Source: the human T2T-CHM13v2.0 reference genome, Homo sapiens
Strand: one strand, 5' to 3'
DNA: 64,000 nucleotides
NCBI RefSeq assembly: GCF_009914755.1
Contig: NC_060935.1
Position 1 is the stretch's first letter, and each line of letters starts with the position of its first letter. This document shows positions 1-15,048 of this stretch, piece after piece. The position numbers were made by a program, and so were the translations under genes. The notes under the pieces were generated by a model. That model searched no databases, was not told the DNA's origin, and saw only the letters and a list, made by a program, of their open reading frames with translations.

Positions 1-739
1 TGTTTCTTTTCCAAAATTGATCTGCCCAAGAATATGTCTATTGTAGAAATAGCATTGTTATTCTTCTTTCCCACCTCCGCTTACACATTGACCCTTCACT
101 CATTTTAAAAAAGAAAGCTATTCTTCTTGCCCATTTTCAATCTTATGGCACATTGTCCTGAATAAAAAATCCAAGGGGTAAAACAGAGGAACAAATCAAA
201 ATATTGGTGTATATGAAGCCTCCTTTTCCTTGCTTATACGTTTCTGTTAAGAAAAAAAATGTGGCATTAGAAATGGTATTTTTGTCTCTTCTAAATCTTC
301 TTATGTAAAAAAGAAAAAAAAAGAAATGGTATTTTTGGCTCATGATAGACTATACTAAAACCAGATATGTTGTAGTAAGGACAGCAAGAATAATAATTTT
401 TGTTGAATGATTTCATCTCTTTTGACTGCTGACAATTGCTAAAGCAAACCAACAAACAAAAACATCATTCCTAAAGGAAAGTTCTGTTAAGAAAATCATA
501 GAGATTACTGTTAAGAAGTAGTGAAGGTGATACTAATTTAATTCATATGACAAATTTTTGGCAACATCACTTACCCATAATTAGAATATTCAAGATTTAT
601 AAAAATCATGCTGGGAAATGTAACATACATTCTATAACATGTATCCTTTGCATTTGCATAAATTTCACAAATGAGAAAAAGCTTAATGAGTATTTTTGTT
701 CACTTAGGTCCAGGTGCATATTTCATAAAATTTCAGTAA

Positions 740-1085
<346 letters not shown>

Positions 1086-1829
1086 TGCTTCTACCACTTT
1101 AATGTTACATGTAAGAGAAAAAACAATATATATTGCAAGTAAGTTAACCATGTACATTTATTCAAACTCATGGGAGAAACATTTTTATTAGCTTTTTTTT
1201 TTTTAAAAAAAAAGCTTTATTGAGCTAAATTCACATACCAGAAAGTTCTTCCATTAGCTTTTGATAGAGGTTGGGGTCCTATAAATATGTATTTATTTTT
1301 ACCCTCGCTCATGACTTACTTGTTACTCTTCAACCAATTTTCTTGTAATTTATTCATTCCTATCATCGATTTAAGAAATTTAGATTAGCTTTATTTGAAT
1401 ATTTGGTTAATTCTATTGTAAAAATCCTTCTGTAACAATAATTAATACACGTTTTAAGCCCCTGCACTTCTAAGCAGCCCAGTACCTTTACTTTTTGCTC
1501 TTAATCTCTACTAAACCCAGTCACATTTTAACATTGGGTATTTTATTCATTTAAGGATAAGGGAACTAATTAAAAAAAACTTGCCCTGTTCTTGTCTTTA
1601 GAAGATGTATTTTAATAAAAAATGTACTCTTTCTATTTAAGAATTATTTATCACAGATTTGTAAAATACTTTGTTTCGCTTAGTTCTATACTATAAAACT
1701 GAAATGGTAACTAAACCTGTAAGAAATCAGTTGAAATTTACATTTCAAATTTATACGCATATTTTGTGGCCCAAGTCATGTATGCTACTCTTATAACTGA
1801 CAAAGGGGTTGTGGACAGAATATGTAAAG

Positions 1830-2690
1830 GACTCCTAGAAAATCAACACAAGATAAAAATGGGTGAAAAACTTGAGTAGGCATTTTATGAAAGTGAATAT
1901 TCAAATAGCCAATAAAGGACAAAAATGTAAAACTTCATTATTAATTAAGGAAATACATATTAAAACCATATTGAAATAGTACTATATACTCCAGAATGGC
2001 TAAAGTTAAAAAGACTTTCTGATAAAATTAAGTCTTGGTGAGTATGAGAAGCAACTGGAATTCTCATACATTTCTGATAAAGGCATAAATTGCAACATAC
2101 ACTTTGAAAGCTGGTTGGTACTCTTTACAGAAGTTGAAAATGTATATGCTACAACCCAGAAATCCTACTCCTAGTATATACACACATGCCTAATGGAAAT
2201 GTGTATATATGTGCACCAGAAGGTATGCAACAATGCTTATAGCAAAACTATTTAAAACATTCCCAAGGTGGGAACAGCACACATGTTTGTTGGCAGAAAG
2301 GATAAATAATTGTCATTTGGTCATATAATGCATTATACAACAATGAAAATAAACTAATACAGCTCCACATAGTAACATGGATAAATCTTACAAACGTAAT
2401 GTTGAGTAAAGGAAGTCAGGCACAAAATGTACACATTGTATCATTTCAACTGCTTGTTTGAAAACAGAGCTAATCTCTGTGTTACACTGCTTTGGAGAGT
2501 GGAGAGAAGGTACAGTGATTAGAGGAGGGCATGAGGGGTGAGTTCTAGGGTGTGGGCAATGCTCCGTAACTTGATCTGGATGCTGGTTACTGGAGTGTAT
2601 TTGCTTTGTCACAGATCGTTGAGCTGTACACATAAAATCTGTGTACCCTTTTTAGTATAACTGTTATATTTCAATAAAAAAGAAGTTAAA
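1830..2690 (+). mobile_element. Old L1M (L1ME-like) 3' fragment
   Basis: Diverged L1 ORF2 end and 3' UTR, ending in aataaaaaagaag; paralogous copy at 59420-60420 (-). Confidence 0.7.
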
Positions 2691-2769
2691 AAAGATTAGC
2701 CACATCTTTTATAGCTGTCCGACTCATGGAGAGTTATCCTTTCTTTGAGTTTAATACTGATAAATAAAG

Positions 2770-3253
2770 GTCCCCTGAAGATATCCACCTCCTACTCCCC
2801 AGAACCTGTGACTGTTACTCCATATGGCAAAAAGGACTTTGCAGATGTGATTAAATTCACAATCTTGAGACGAGGAGATTATCCTGGATTATCCAGTGGG
2901 CCCAATGTAATCACAAGGGTCCTTATAAGAAAGAGTCAGTAGGGTCAAGCATTGGAATGAGGCACTGAAAAACTTGACTTCTTGTTGCTGGCTTTGAAGA
3001 TGGAAGGGGGTCATGTGTCTAGGAATGTAGAAGCAGAAAAGGCAAAAAAAAAAAAAAAAAGAAAGAAAGAAGAAAAAGAATTTTTCCCGAGTGTCTTTAG
3101 AAGGTACGAAGCTCTGCCAATACCTTGTTTTTAATTCCATAAGTCCTAATTTTAGACTTTGACCTCCAGAACTGTAAGATAAATCTGTTGTTTCATTGTT
3201 TTTAGCCACCAAGGTTGTGATAATTTGTTATAGTAGGAACAGGAAACTAACAC
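2770..3253 (+). mobile_element. MLT1 (ERVL-MaLR) LTR
   Basis: ggcaaaaaggactttgcagatgtgattaa ... ggaaactaacaca; paralog at 58878-59340 (-). Confidence 0.85.
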
Positions 3254-4849
3254 AGTGGGTTACACATTGTGCCCGTCAGAATACATCACACATAATAGGT
3301 ACTCTGTGAGTGTGTATTGAATGAATGGCCGAGCTTCCAACATGTCTGATTCTTAATTACGACGAAGGAATTTTAGAAATAAATAAAGGTGTTTTTGTCT
3401 GTGAGAATTCAAGACTGGTATTGTGTAGTGTGACCAGGCAATTTTTTTTTTTTGTCTCTCTCCTGCTAATCTTCCAGACCTCAAGGACCTTTCCAGACCA
3501 AGGTCCTGGAGGTGAAGTGAAGAGAGCACAAGCTTTGAACTCATCAGACAACAAAATTGAAGATGAGGATGTAGATAAAAATGCCATTATTACGGCTTCT
3601 CCTTAGTCTGTCGGAGGCATTCATTTGTCTGGAGGAAGTTAGAATTTTTTCCAAAAATATAAGACTGAGGTAATATTAGTCTTTTGACATCCAAATGGAT
3701 TATGCCATGCATCAACTTTAGGATTCATTCACAGAAATGTAGCACAGCATGGTCAGAAAGAAGAAGGCTTAATTTTACAAAGGTGCCTTGAGTTTTTATG
3801 CAGTTTGGATACTGAATTGAAACCCAGTGGATTGTCATAGGCCTACAATAGCAGAATGAGTTGACTCAACAATAAGGTAGCGTAGACTGCTGGACCAATT
3901 TGCAGGCTGGAGGATGTGGCAATCAACTCAGGGTTCTGCAGACAGCAAAATTTTTCTTAACAGCCTTAGCAACTCAGGAACATTGTCCCTGTAGAAAGTA
4001 CAGACCCCATGTGAATTAGCCAATTTAGCAGTGGTGTCCTGCAGAATGTTGAATAATTCAGTGCCCAAAGGACAGTTCCCCAGAGACCAGCAGATGGAGC
4101 TGCCACAACATAAAAACCAGCCTGAGGCTAGAGTTCCTTCTCTGTGCCAGGGGATTGCATAACCATAGTCTCTCCATCATACACTGGGGAGAGAAGCAGG
4201 GGAAGTAGAGGCTTTCTGAGTGATCAAGCATTATTTTATCCAATAGAAACAATAATTTCTGAAGGCATATTTACATTGTGTCAGGTTAGACTAAATTAAA
4301 ATTAGATTGCATTATTAGTTTTTTTTTCTTCCTCCTGCTAACTCGTAGATAGGGATTTGGGAGGACATCAGATTATAGACTAAATAAAGAGAGTAAAATG
4401 TTTCTGTACATCCTCTGAGGTGTAGTGTAAGCCTTAGGATCATCCCCAATTGCCCTACTGCAAGGTCATTGAGATTTTTCCTTGGATAAGGTTGCCAGAA
4501 AAGGAAAGAGAATCACAGAAAGAGCAAGAGATCACAGAAGTGCATATCAATTTACATTTTTCGCTTCCTCTCTCCTCTCTTTCTTATCCATGAGTTCATG
4601 TTTTGAGTTTGGGAAGTTGGAGGCAATTTGAACTTGAATCCATAACCCTCTGTCTCCTACATGATACACCCTTCTCTTTGTTTTGGAGAATGCTCTTCAA
4701 GCAGGAGTTTCCAATAAATACCTCCATTCAGCGAATGTTTACTAAAGGTTTGATAAGTGGGAGGCCCTGTAATAAATACAGGATATATAAGAAGAGAAAG
4801 CTGGCCCTAGCCTGCACACAGGGGAGTAGGGGGAATATGCATTTTTTTC

Positions 4850-5523
4850 TTTATTTAATCTTTTTTTTGTACAGATGGAGTCTTGCTATGTTGCCCAGGC
4901 TAGTCTCAAATTCCTGGCCTCAAGTGATCCTCCTGTCTCAGCCTTCCAAAGCACTGGAATTACAGGTGAGAGCCACTGTGTCCAGCGGAAATATTTAAAC
5001 AAATAATTTTCGAAGTACTGTAGTTGAAGAAAAAGGAGCTGATACTTTTTTCTTTTTTTTTCTAGATGGGGTTTCACCATGTTGGCCAGGGTTGTCTTGA
5101 ACTCCTGACCTCAAGTGAGCCACCTGCCTTGACCTCCCAAAGTGCTGGGATTGCAGGTGTGAGCCACGACAACTGGCTGAGACTAACATTTATACTGCTT
5201 ATATCTAGGCCCATGTCTGTGAAGATATCCCTGACATCTAATCAGTTATCTCTCAATTTTTGCCAAAATTTCCACCTTGCATTTCCATGTCACGAATTAT
5301 ATTTATTCTATCTTCTATTCACAATTTTTTTTTGAGATGGAGTCTTGCTCTGTTGCCCAGGCTGGAGTGCAGTGGTGCGATCTCAGCTCACTGCAACCTG
5401 CACCTCCCGGTTCAAGTGATTCTCCTGCCTCAGCCTCCTGAGTAGCTGGGATTACAGGCACCCGCCACCATGCCTGGCTAATTTTTGTATTTTTAGTAGA
5501 GACAGCATGAGCCACTGCACTGG
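4850..5523 (-). mobile_element. Cluster of three partial Alu/FLAM elements (~4850-4986, ~5045-5176, ~5324-5523)
   Basis: Antisense Alu monomer sequences; the third has an internal deletion. Confidence 0.9.
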
Positions 5524-5586
5524 GAATGTTCACATTCTTTCCAGCAGTTTTTGTACATCTTTGGAAGAATATCTATGTCCAAATTA

Positions 5587-5998
<412 letters not shown>

Positions 5999-6297
5999 TT
6001 AACTGCAGTGCCATTTATGAGTGAAATTTTGGAGTATATATATTATACATTGCCATGTATGCAAAATTGTATGTTTTTCACTATGTGTCCATATGCCTAG
6101 AAGGATGAGTATAAAAATGTTCACCAAAGTTAATCTGGATGACAGGATTTTGGGTGTCTGATTTTCTTATGTTTTTCCACATTTTTGAATTTTTTCAATA
6201 AATGTAATATTGTAAAAAATAAGAAAGCTTTTCAAAAATTTCATCAAAATTGCATTCATTTTCTTTCTCCTATTTAAAACTCTTGAACACCTCATTT

Positions 6298-6505
6298 CAC
6301 AGTGGTTCTCCACCGGGGCAATGCAAATGTTTCAGGGACATTTGACAATGTCTAGAGACATTTTTGTTGCCATAACTGTGAATAGTGCTACTCACATTTA
6401 ATGGATAGAGGCCAGAGGTGCTACTAGACATCTTATAACGCACAGAGAGTTTCCCACAATAAATTATCTGGCTCTAAATGTTAACTATGCCGGAGTTGGG
6501 AAATC
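6298..6505 (+). mobile_element. MER20-like hAT DNA transposon
   Basis: cagtggttctc ... gggacatttgacaatgtctagagacattttt; paralog at ~56020-56225 (-). Confidence 0.75.
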
Positions 6506-7456
6506 TCAGAATTCATTATCCTGATAGGCTCTTTATCACCATCTGGTGGTGAGAGAAGTGCCTGCAACTCCCATGTAGTTTCAGCCAGAAACCAAACTAG
6601 GGCCTCAGAAAAAAGATGGGAGGCCCTAAGAAGGGTAGCTATAGTTACAAAGGGAGGTAGAAAAAGAGCAAGTTAATTCGTGGCTGAGAGGGTCTGTGAT
6701 GCTCTTACTAAGAACTGTAGTTGCTCCTGACGCTGCCATTCTGTATCTATGAACGCTATATTATGATTTCCATTTTCCTGCCGCACTGGGACTCCAGAGA
6801 CTCAGAAGAAGGAAGTTAGATGCTGAGGCAGGAAAGGCTTTGGGGAAACTTTATGGATTTAATGTGGTTGATATAAGGGGGTAATCTCTACTTGCATCCA
6901 TAGGTGCCTCCCCATTACATAGGATGATAAAAGTTTAGCTGTGCCAGGAACAATTCTAGATCACAGCATGTGGGACCAAGTCAAAGCTCCTTGTTTTGGC
7001 TTGATGTAACCGTTACTTCCATTTCACTTTTCCTAAGGGATGCATTTGCAAGGCCTAGGCTTCATTCCTTGACTCCACCCCTCCTACCCCCAATTCGAAA
7101 GCCACGTAGAAGAAATATCTGTTCTTACTTGCTTATCAGTTTTACTTCTTTTATTTTCATCCACCAGTTTCCTGTTTTCTAATGATCACTTACTAATGAA
7201 TTTCCCATCTGGCAGCTATGTCTCATGCTCCTCTCTGCTGCTCTCAACAGGGCTGTAGGCCACTTTCCTGCCTGCTGCTCACTTCTGAAAGATCTGTATT
7301 CTCTCACTCCTCAAAAGGATGCTGCTTTCTTCATACAGGTGTTGGGAAGAGGAGAATGTTGTATGCCCCTCATTTTCTTTTTGCACTACCTCTTTAGTAT
7401 CCATCACCCCATTGTCCAAATCTATCTTGACGTAGCAATATCTACCAATGCCTTGA

Positions 7457-7875
7457 AGTAGGTTGCAGGTTGATTTCCCCAAGAGCAGAAGGTAGAACAG
7501 TGTGGAGGGCAAGATGTTTATTAGGGATCAACGCCTGTGAAGAAAAGGGGCAAAAGTAGGATTTGGCAGAGAAAGACATTGAGCCGTGATGCAGGCCTTA
7601 CAAACCTTCCCTGAACCTGGTGGAGAGCTCTGTAGAGTGAAGACCAACAAAGCATCCTGTGTCAGGCTACAATGGCTGGGTCTTTCTTTTCTGTCTCAGC
7701 CTCTGGATACAGGCTACCCCAGGAAGGGCATGACCTCAGGTGAAGGGGCTCCCTGCAATTGAGGCAGATTGGGAAGATCTGACAGCTGAAGCCTGGCTGC
7801 TTACTTCATTCCCCTCAGTTGGGCAGCAAGTCTTCTCTTGCAGGAGGTTCTGGGTGGCACAGTTCCACGTCTTCA
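7457..7875. mobile_element. Old ERVL-class LTR fragment
   Basis: gtttattagggatcaacgcctgtg motif recalled from ERVL LTRs; subfamily uncertain. Confidence 0.45.
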
Positions 7876-8252
7876 CAGAGGAGTGGATGAGAATTACAAT
7901 GTAAACTACAAGATAAACATGATTTTTCCCATGGTTCAAAGGAAAATCGCCAAAGATACATAAACTGTCAGGCAGGTTGTTCCTGGTTCACATCTTTTCC
8001 AATTTGGAATAAATGCAAATTCCTTGAATTTCATTAAAAATAACAATGACATTGGATAACTGTTGCCTCAGGAACCCACAACGACGCTCTCATTCTGTCC
8101 TGGCCTACTCACATATCTTCCCTCCATTCCTCACCCCTTTTTTGAGGTTTACATTTTAATTCTATTGTATTTTAAAAATCCTATTCAGAGAAAATAAACT
8201 ATAGATACAGGAAACAATAAGGAAAGCACATTTATAAACACTGTTTCAGTCA

Positions 8253-8591
<339 letters not shown>

Positions 8592-8729
8592 TTAACAATT
8601 AAGATGGAGTGTAGCCACAACTACATTTCAGTATAATAGCAATAATAATGTTAATAAATGCTATAATTACTTCTATTAACGTGACTTTTGCTGCGGTTAT
8701 TGCTGCTTCTGCTGTTGTTGGCATTGCTA

Positions 8730-8890
8730 CTACCTAACATTATTGGCACGTGTACCATGTTTCAGGCATATGTATTGTTTCACGTTATTCTTAACACTTC
8801 ACTGAGGTTGCACCATTTTATGTATGAAGGAAATGAAGCAGAGACAGGTTAACTAACTCATCCAAGGTCATACATGTAGTAAATAGTGGA
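8730..8890 (+). mobile_element. MIR fragment
   Basis: ccattttatgtatgaaggaaatgaagcagagacaggttaactaactcatccaaggtcataca resembles the MIR core. Confidence 0.7.
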
Positions 8891-9082
8891 GGCCCTTCGC
8901 ACAACTAACAGCCTGGCTTTCACAGGCTGGCATTTTCTAACTCTCAACACTTGGCTTATACCTGCTTCTTCATCTTGAATTACCTTCTTCTTGCTTCCTC
9001 TCTCTCTTTGTACCCTTTGACCTACACTTCTGCTTTCCCCCACCCACCATCCCAGCTTCTGGTAACAAACATTCTACTTTCC

Positions 9083-9393
<311 letters not shown>

Positions 9394-9850
9394 ACAAACA
9401 TTCTACTTTCTACTTCTATGATTTCAAATTTAGATTCCACATGTAAGTAACTCACAACTTATTCATGTGATTTGATGTTGTTCTAGAATCCATCACCCTG
9501 CTTCCCTTTTCTACAGGCCTTGTGACTCCTTCTTTCCCACTGTACTTGGTTCTCTGCTTTAACTGACTGGAACATCCCTAAATCTACTGAAGTGATCCCC
9601 CACTCCCATGTCTCTGTTTCCCACTTGCAATGACTCTGCCCCATTCCACTGACCATGAGAGCCCTGTTCCTGCCAATGTCATAACTCTAGCTACCTCTAA
9701 TCCTGTGAGCTGCACCTAGACCCAGTGTCTCCCCCTGACCACCCCCCCTTTTTTTTTGGTTTCACAAAACAATTTGTTAATAGATGATATTTTCATTTTG
9801 AATTACTTGTACCATGATGATTAGTAGATCAGTAAATAAATTTGATAATC

Positions 9851-10183
<333 letters not shown>

Positions 10184-10640
10184 CTAATATGTTTACAGAG
10201 TGAGGATTTTGAACGCAGGTGTCTCCCCTTCTTGATGATCTCATCCCTCCTGACTCCTGAGGTCTCTCGCCCCAGTGCCACCCAACCCACTGACACTAAT
10301 CCTCTCCAATCCTAACCCCACCTTGATGGCAGCGCTACTCTCTCCACTTCTATCACAGAAATCCCCATCTCTACACAGGCATCTTTGCTTTATCCCAATT
10401 TACCTTTTTCCCATCTTTTGTGTGATTTCTTGAGAACGGCCTCTGAATCTCATTTAATAACCATGCAGCTTAAAATCCTGAGGAATTTATCAAAGACTTT
10501 TGAAATTTTATACACACTAATTTTGGTTTGAAAGTCAAGGTTAACATATATATGATACCTTGTTAAAGGATGTTAAAAACGTTTAATTCACACATAATAT
10601 TCATACATGTTTATGCAGTACAGAGTGAGATTTTAAAAAA

Positions 10641-11750
10641 CTTTTATTTAGCCTCAGGGTTACATGCGCAGATTTGTTATATAGGTAAACTCGTGTCATG
10701 AGGGTTTGTTGTACAGATTATTTCATCACCCAGGTACTAAGCCTGGGTGATGACAACTGCAGGCTGGCATTCTCTAACTCTCAACATTTGGCTTATACCT
10801 GCTTCTTCATCTTTCTGGTCCTCTCTCTCCTCCCACCCTCCACTCTCAGGTAGGTCCCAGTGTCTGTTGTTCCTCTCTTTGAGTCCATGAGTTCTCATCA
10901 TTTAGCTCCCACTTATAAGTGAGAACGTGCAGTATTTATTTTTCTGTTCCTGCATTAGTTTGCTAAGGACAATGGTCTCTAGCTCCATCTGTGTTCCTGC
11001 AAAAGGCATAATCTTGTTCATTTTATGGCTGCATGGTATTCCATGGTGTATGTGCAGGGTGAGATTTTGATACATGTATATAATGTGTAATGATTAGATC
11101 AGGGTAATTAGCATATCTATCACCTTAAACATTGATCATTTCTTTATGTTAAGATCATTAAAATCTTTTCTTCTCACTTTTTGAAAATATACAATGAATT
11201 ATTGCTAACTATAGTCACCCTCCAGAACTATAGAACCCTAGAACTTATTCCTATCTAGCTGTAATTTTGTATTCTTTAACCAACCTCTCCCTATCCCTTT
11301 TACAGCCTTTCCCTTCCCAGCCTCTAGTAACCACTGTTCTGTTTACTTCTATGAGAGCAACTCTTTTAGTACTGACCTATGAGAGAACATGTGTTATTTA
11401 TCTTTTTTTTTTTTCTTTTGAGACCAAGTCTTGCTCTCTTGCTCAGGCTGGATTACAATGGCACGATCTCGGTTCACTGCAACCTCTGCCTCCCTGGTTC
11501 AAACAATTCTCTTGCCTCAGCCTCCCAAGTGGCTAGAATTACAGGCGCCTGCCACCACGCCTGTCTAATTGTTTTTGTATTTTTAGTAGAGACGAGGTTT
11601 CACCATGTTGGCCAGGGTGGTCTCAAACTCCTGACCTCAGGGGATCTGCCCGCCTCGGCCTCCCAAAGTGTCAGGATTACAGGCGTGAGCCACCACACCC
11701 GGCCAAACATGCATTATTTGTCTTTCTGTGCTTGGCTTATTTCACATTAG
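10641..11750 (-). mobile_element. L1PA 3' fragment (10641-11055) nested in an L1MA 3' fragment, with an antisense Alu at ~11403-11705
   Basis: catttagctcccacttataagtgagaac (L1PA 3' UTR); L1MA 3' end sequence; Alu consensus. Confidence 0.8.
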
Positions 11751-11818
11751 AGACTTTATGAATTCATCAAACAAACATAAAAAGCATTCTGAAAATGGTA
11801 ATTGAACAGTGAGCAGTT

Positions 11819-12873
11819 TGTGGGCGGCAAGCCACCCAGGTGCTGAGGCAAGAGACCAAGGGCACGAGCTGTTCCAGTATAATATATAAAATATACTATA
11901 CTATATTATATTATAATATATATTATATATATGATAATATATATAAAATAAGAATAGTTATACTAGATATATATCTTAGATATGATTATATATGAATATC
12001 ATTAATCATTAGTTTGTAGTAATTATTCTTTATTCCAATATTGTAATAATCCTTGCTCTACAATCATAACCTAAGAAAAACCAGGCCATACAGAGATAGG
12101 AGCTGAGGGGACATAGTGAGAAGTGACCAGAAGAGTGCGAGCCTTCTGCTATGCCCAGACAGGGCCACCAGAGGGCTCCTTGGTCTAGTGGTGATGCCAG
12201 TGTCTGGAAAGACTCCCTTTGCCAAGTGGACTGTGGTCTAGCGGTAGCGTCAGTGTCAAGGAAAAACACCCACTACTTAGCAGACCAGGAAAGGGAGTCT
12301 CCCTTTCGCCGGGGGAGTTTAGAGAAGACTCTACTCCTCCACCTCTTGTGGAGGGCCTGACATCAGTCAGGCCCGCCCGCAGTTATCTGGAGGCCTAACC
12401 GTCTCCCTGTGATGCTGTGCTTCAGTGGTCACACTCCTAGTCCGTTTTCATGTTCCATCCTGTACACCTGGCTCTGCCTTTTAGATAACAGTAGCAAAAT
12501 TAGTGAAAGTACTAAAAGTCTCTGATATGCAGAAATAATGGCGTCAGCTGTCTCTCTCTCTCTCCCTCTGTCTCTCTGCCTTGGCTGCCAGGCAGGGAAG
12601 GGACCCCTGTCCAGTGGACATGTGACCCACGTGACCTTATCTATCATTGGAGATGACTCACACTCTTTACCCTGCCCCTTTTGCTTTGTATCCAATAAAT
12701 AACTGCGCAGCCAGACATTCAGGGCCACTACCGGTCTCCGCGTCTTGGTGGTAGTGGTCCCCTGGGCCCAGCTGTCTTTTCTTTTACCTCTTTGTCTTGC
12801 GTCTTTATTTCTACGTTCTCTTGTCTCTGCACATGGGGAGAAACCCACCAACCCTGTGGGGCTGGCCCCTACA
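11819..12873 (+). mobile_element. Solo LTR13-type (HERV-K class) LTR
   Basis: Starts TGTGGGCGGCAAGCCACCCAGG and ends GGCCCCTACA; AATAAA at ~12694; 5-bp TSD CAGTT (11814-18 and 12874-78). Confidence 0.9.
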
Positions 12874-13526
12874 CAGTTTTTAAGGTTACAGTGATGTGAG
12901 AGACAGGCACCATGTGGGGCAGGGGTTCTGCTTCTATCATATTTCCATTTTGTTGTTTTAGGAGATCCTTCCAACTCTCACTAACATTATTTTCCAGAGA
13001 ACAAAAGAAAAACTATACTCTCCAAGAACATGTTTCCTTTGTAATTTTTCTGTCCTCAAACTTTTTCTGGAGAGATGAGTCATTTGACCTGACATTGAGA
13101 ATAGGCTTGAAGCCCTTTGAGAGGACAAAGGAGATAGAGTCAGCATTCCTATCTCCATGCTCTGAAGATCCAAGTCACTTGGTTACTGCTCCCTGGGCTG
13201 TCTATTTTCACTGTTTATGGAAGATAGAGTACACCTGTAAATGGAAGCCAACGGGTGCGTTTATGTCCAACATGAATAAATTGTCTTCTTTGCACCAGGA
13301 TTCCTTTAGATCATCAGCTTTGAGAACCTAGCATAAGGTGTAGGTTTGCAGAAGGGTGATTTCCTTCCCTTCTCAGGCCCTGGTTGGATTCAGAGTGTTC
13401 TTCATTTTTATTCTAATTATGAATTTATGGCTCAAATGGTGTGAACAGTCACATATATGCCCGATTTGGAGGAAAGCATTCATTACACTTTTATGTATAA
13501 AAATAAATTCCTTATTGAAATATTAG

Positions 13527-13870
<344 letters not shown>

Positions 13871-13989
13871 TAAAACTGTATACTTTTTGATATTTTTCTT
13901 TAAGTAATCAGTTTAAAATAATCAATGAATCATTTTAAAATAACCAATCTAATTGAACCTTGTCCACAGACTTCATTAAAATGGTACAT

Positions 13990-13995
13990 TTTATT
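13990..13995 (-). terminator. Candidate poly(A) signal of GVINP1
   Basis: AATAAA on the minus strand ~1.05 kb past the stop codon; a second candidate at 14240-14245. Usage is not provable from sequence. Confidence 0.35.
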
Positions 13996-14376
13996 TGGTC
14001 ATCATAAATTTTTTTCCAAAAGCCAATTCTCAGACTTGTACATAACACCAAGCTTTGAATAACAAAGCTTTGTGACTGTTTTTTTTTTTTTTTCTTAGCA
14101 TGCGCAGGGAATTGCCAACATACCAGGGAAGAACAGGGTGAAAGTTAATGAGAAAAACAGTTATTTGATTTCTACTTTCCATATTTGCTTGATAATGTTT
14201 CCTGAATTGATGACATCCCTATCTTAGTCAAGTCTCTGCTTTATTCTTTCCTAGAACAGAATATGCCTAAATATTGCTATGCTTGGGACTCATGAATGTT
14301 TTTACATTTAAAGATTAATAACTTTTCCTTAAAACTTTAGAGGGTGAAAAAAATCCACTTAAACATTGAAAAGTCT

Positions 14377-14600
14377 GGCTGGGCTCAGTGGCTCATGCCT
14401 GTAATCCCAGCACTTTGGGAGGCCGAGATGGGTGGATCACTTGAGGTCAGGACCAGCCTGGCCAACACAGTGAAACCCTGTCTCTACTAAGAATACAAAA
14501 AAAAATAGGAGTGATGGTGTGTGCCTGTAATTCCAGCTACTCAGGAGGCTGAGGCAGGAGAATCACTTGAACCCGGGAGGTGGACGTTGCAGTGAGCCAG
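14377..14600 (+). mobile_element. 3'-truncated Alu inside the putative GVINP1 3' UTR
   Basis: Alu consensus ending at gcagtgagccag with no tail. Confidence 0.9.
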
Positions 14601-15048
14601 TTTATAGCTTTCAGTCAAGACATGTATATTGGTTGAAATACTGATACAGTTATTCTATAGAAATTTGTTGCAGCCTGAAATGATTTTGATTTTTCTCTGT
14701 TAAAATGACTTTCTCTGATACTTAAATATTTTAAAATAAAAAAGCAATATCTAGAATAATAGTTTAAAATACAAAATAGGTTTCTAAAATGAATGTTATT
14801 TGATTTCATCATATATTAACAGATTTTAGTAAGTTGTTTTTAAACTAGAGGAATTGAGGCAGAGAGAAATGAAGTCCTTTTACTGGAAATTTTCATCTCT
14901 TAATGTGTTAATTGATTGATTTTTACACATTTCATTTTAAACATGGAAATGATGAAGGTTCTAATTGTAATGAGTAGTTGTTTTTGGATTGTTCAGGTAC
15001 ACTGCCTCTTTTCTTCAGACACTGGGGCTCTTTTGTGGTCACTGAGTA

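Noticed and set aside
12429-13331. 181-aa and 139-aa ORFs
   Set aside because: The first is antisense through the LTR; the second has a non-ATG start and no recognisable domain.
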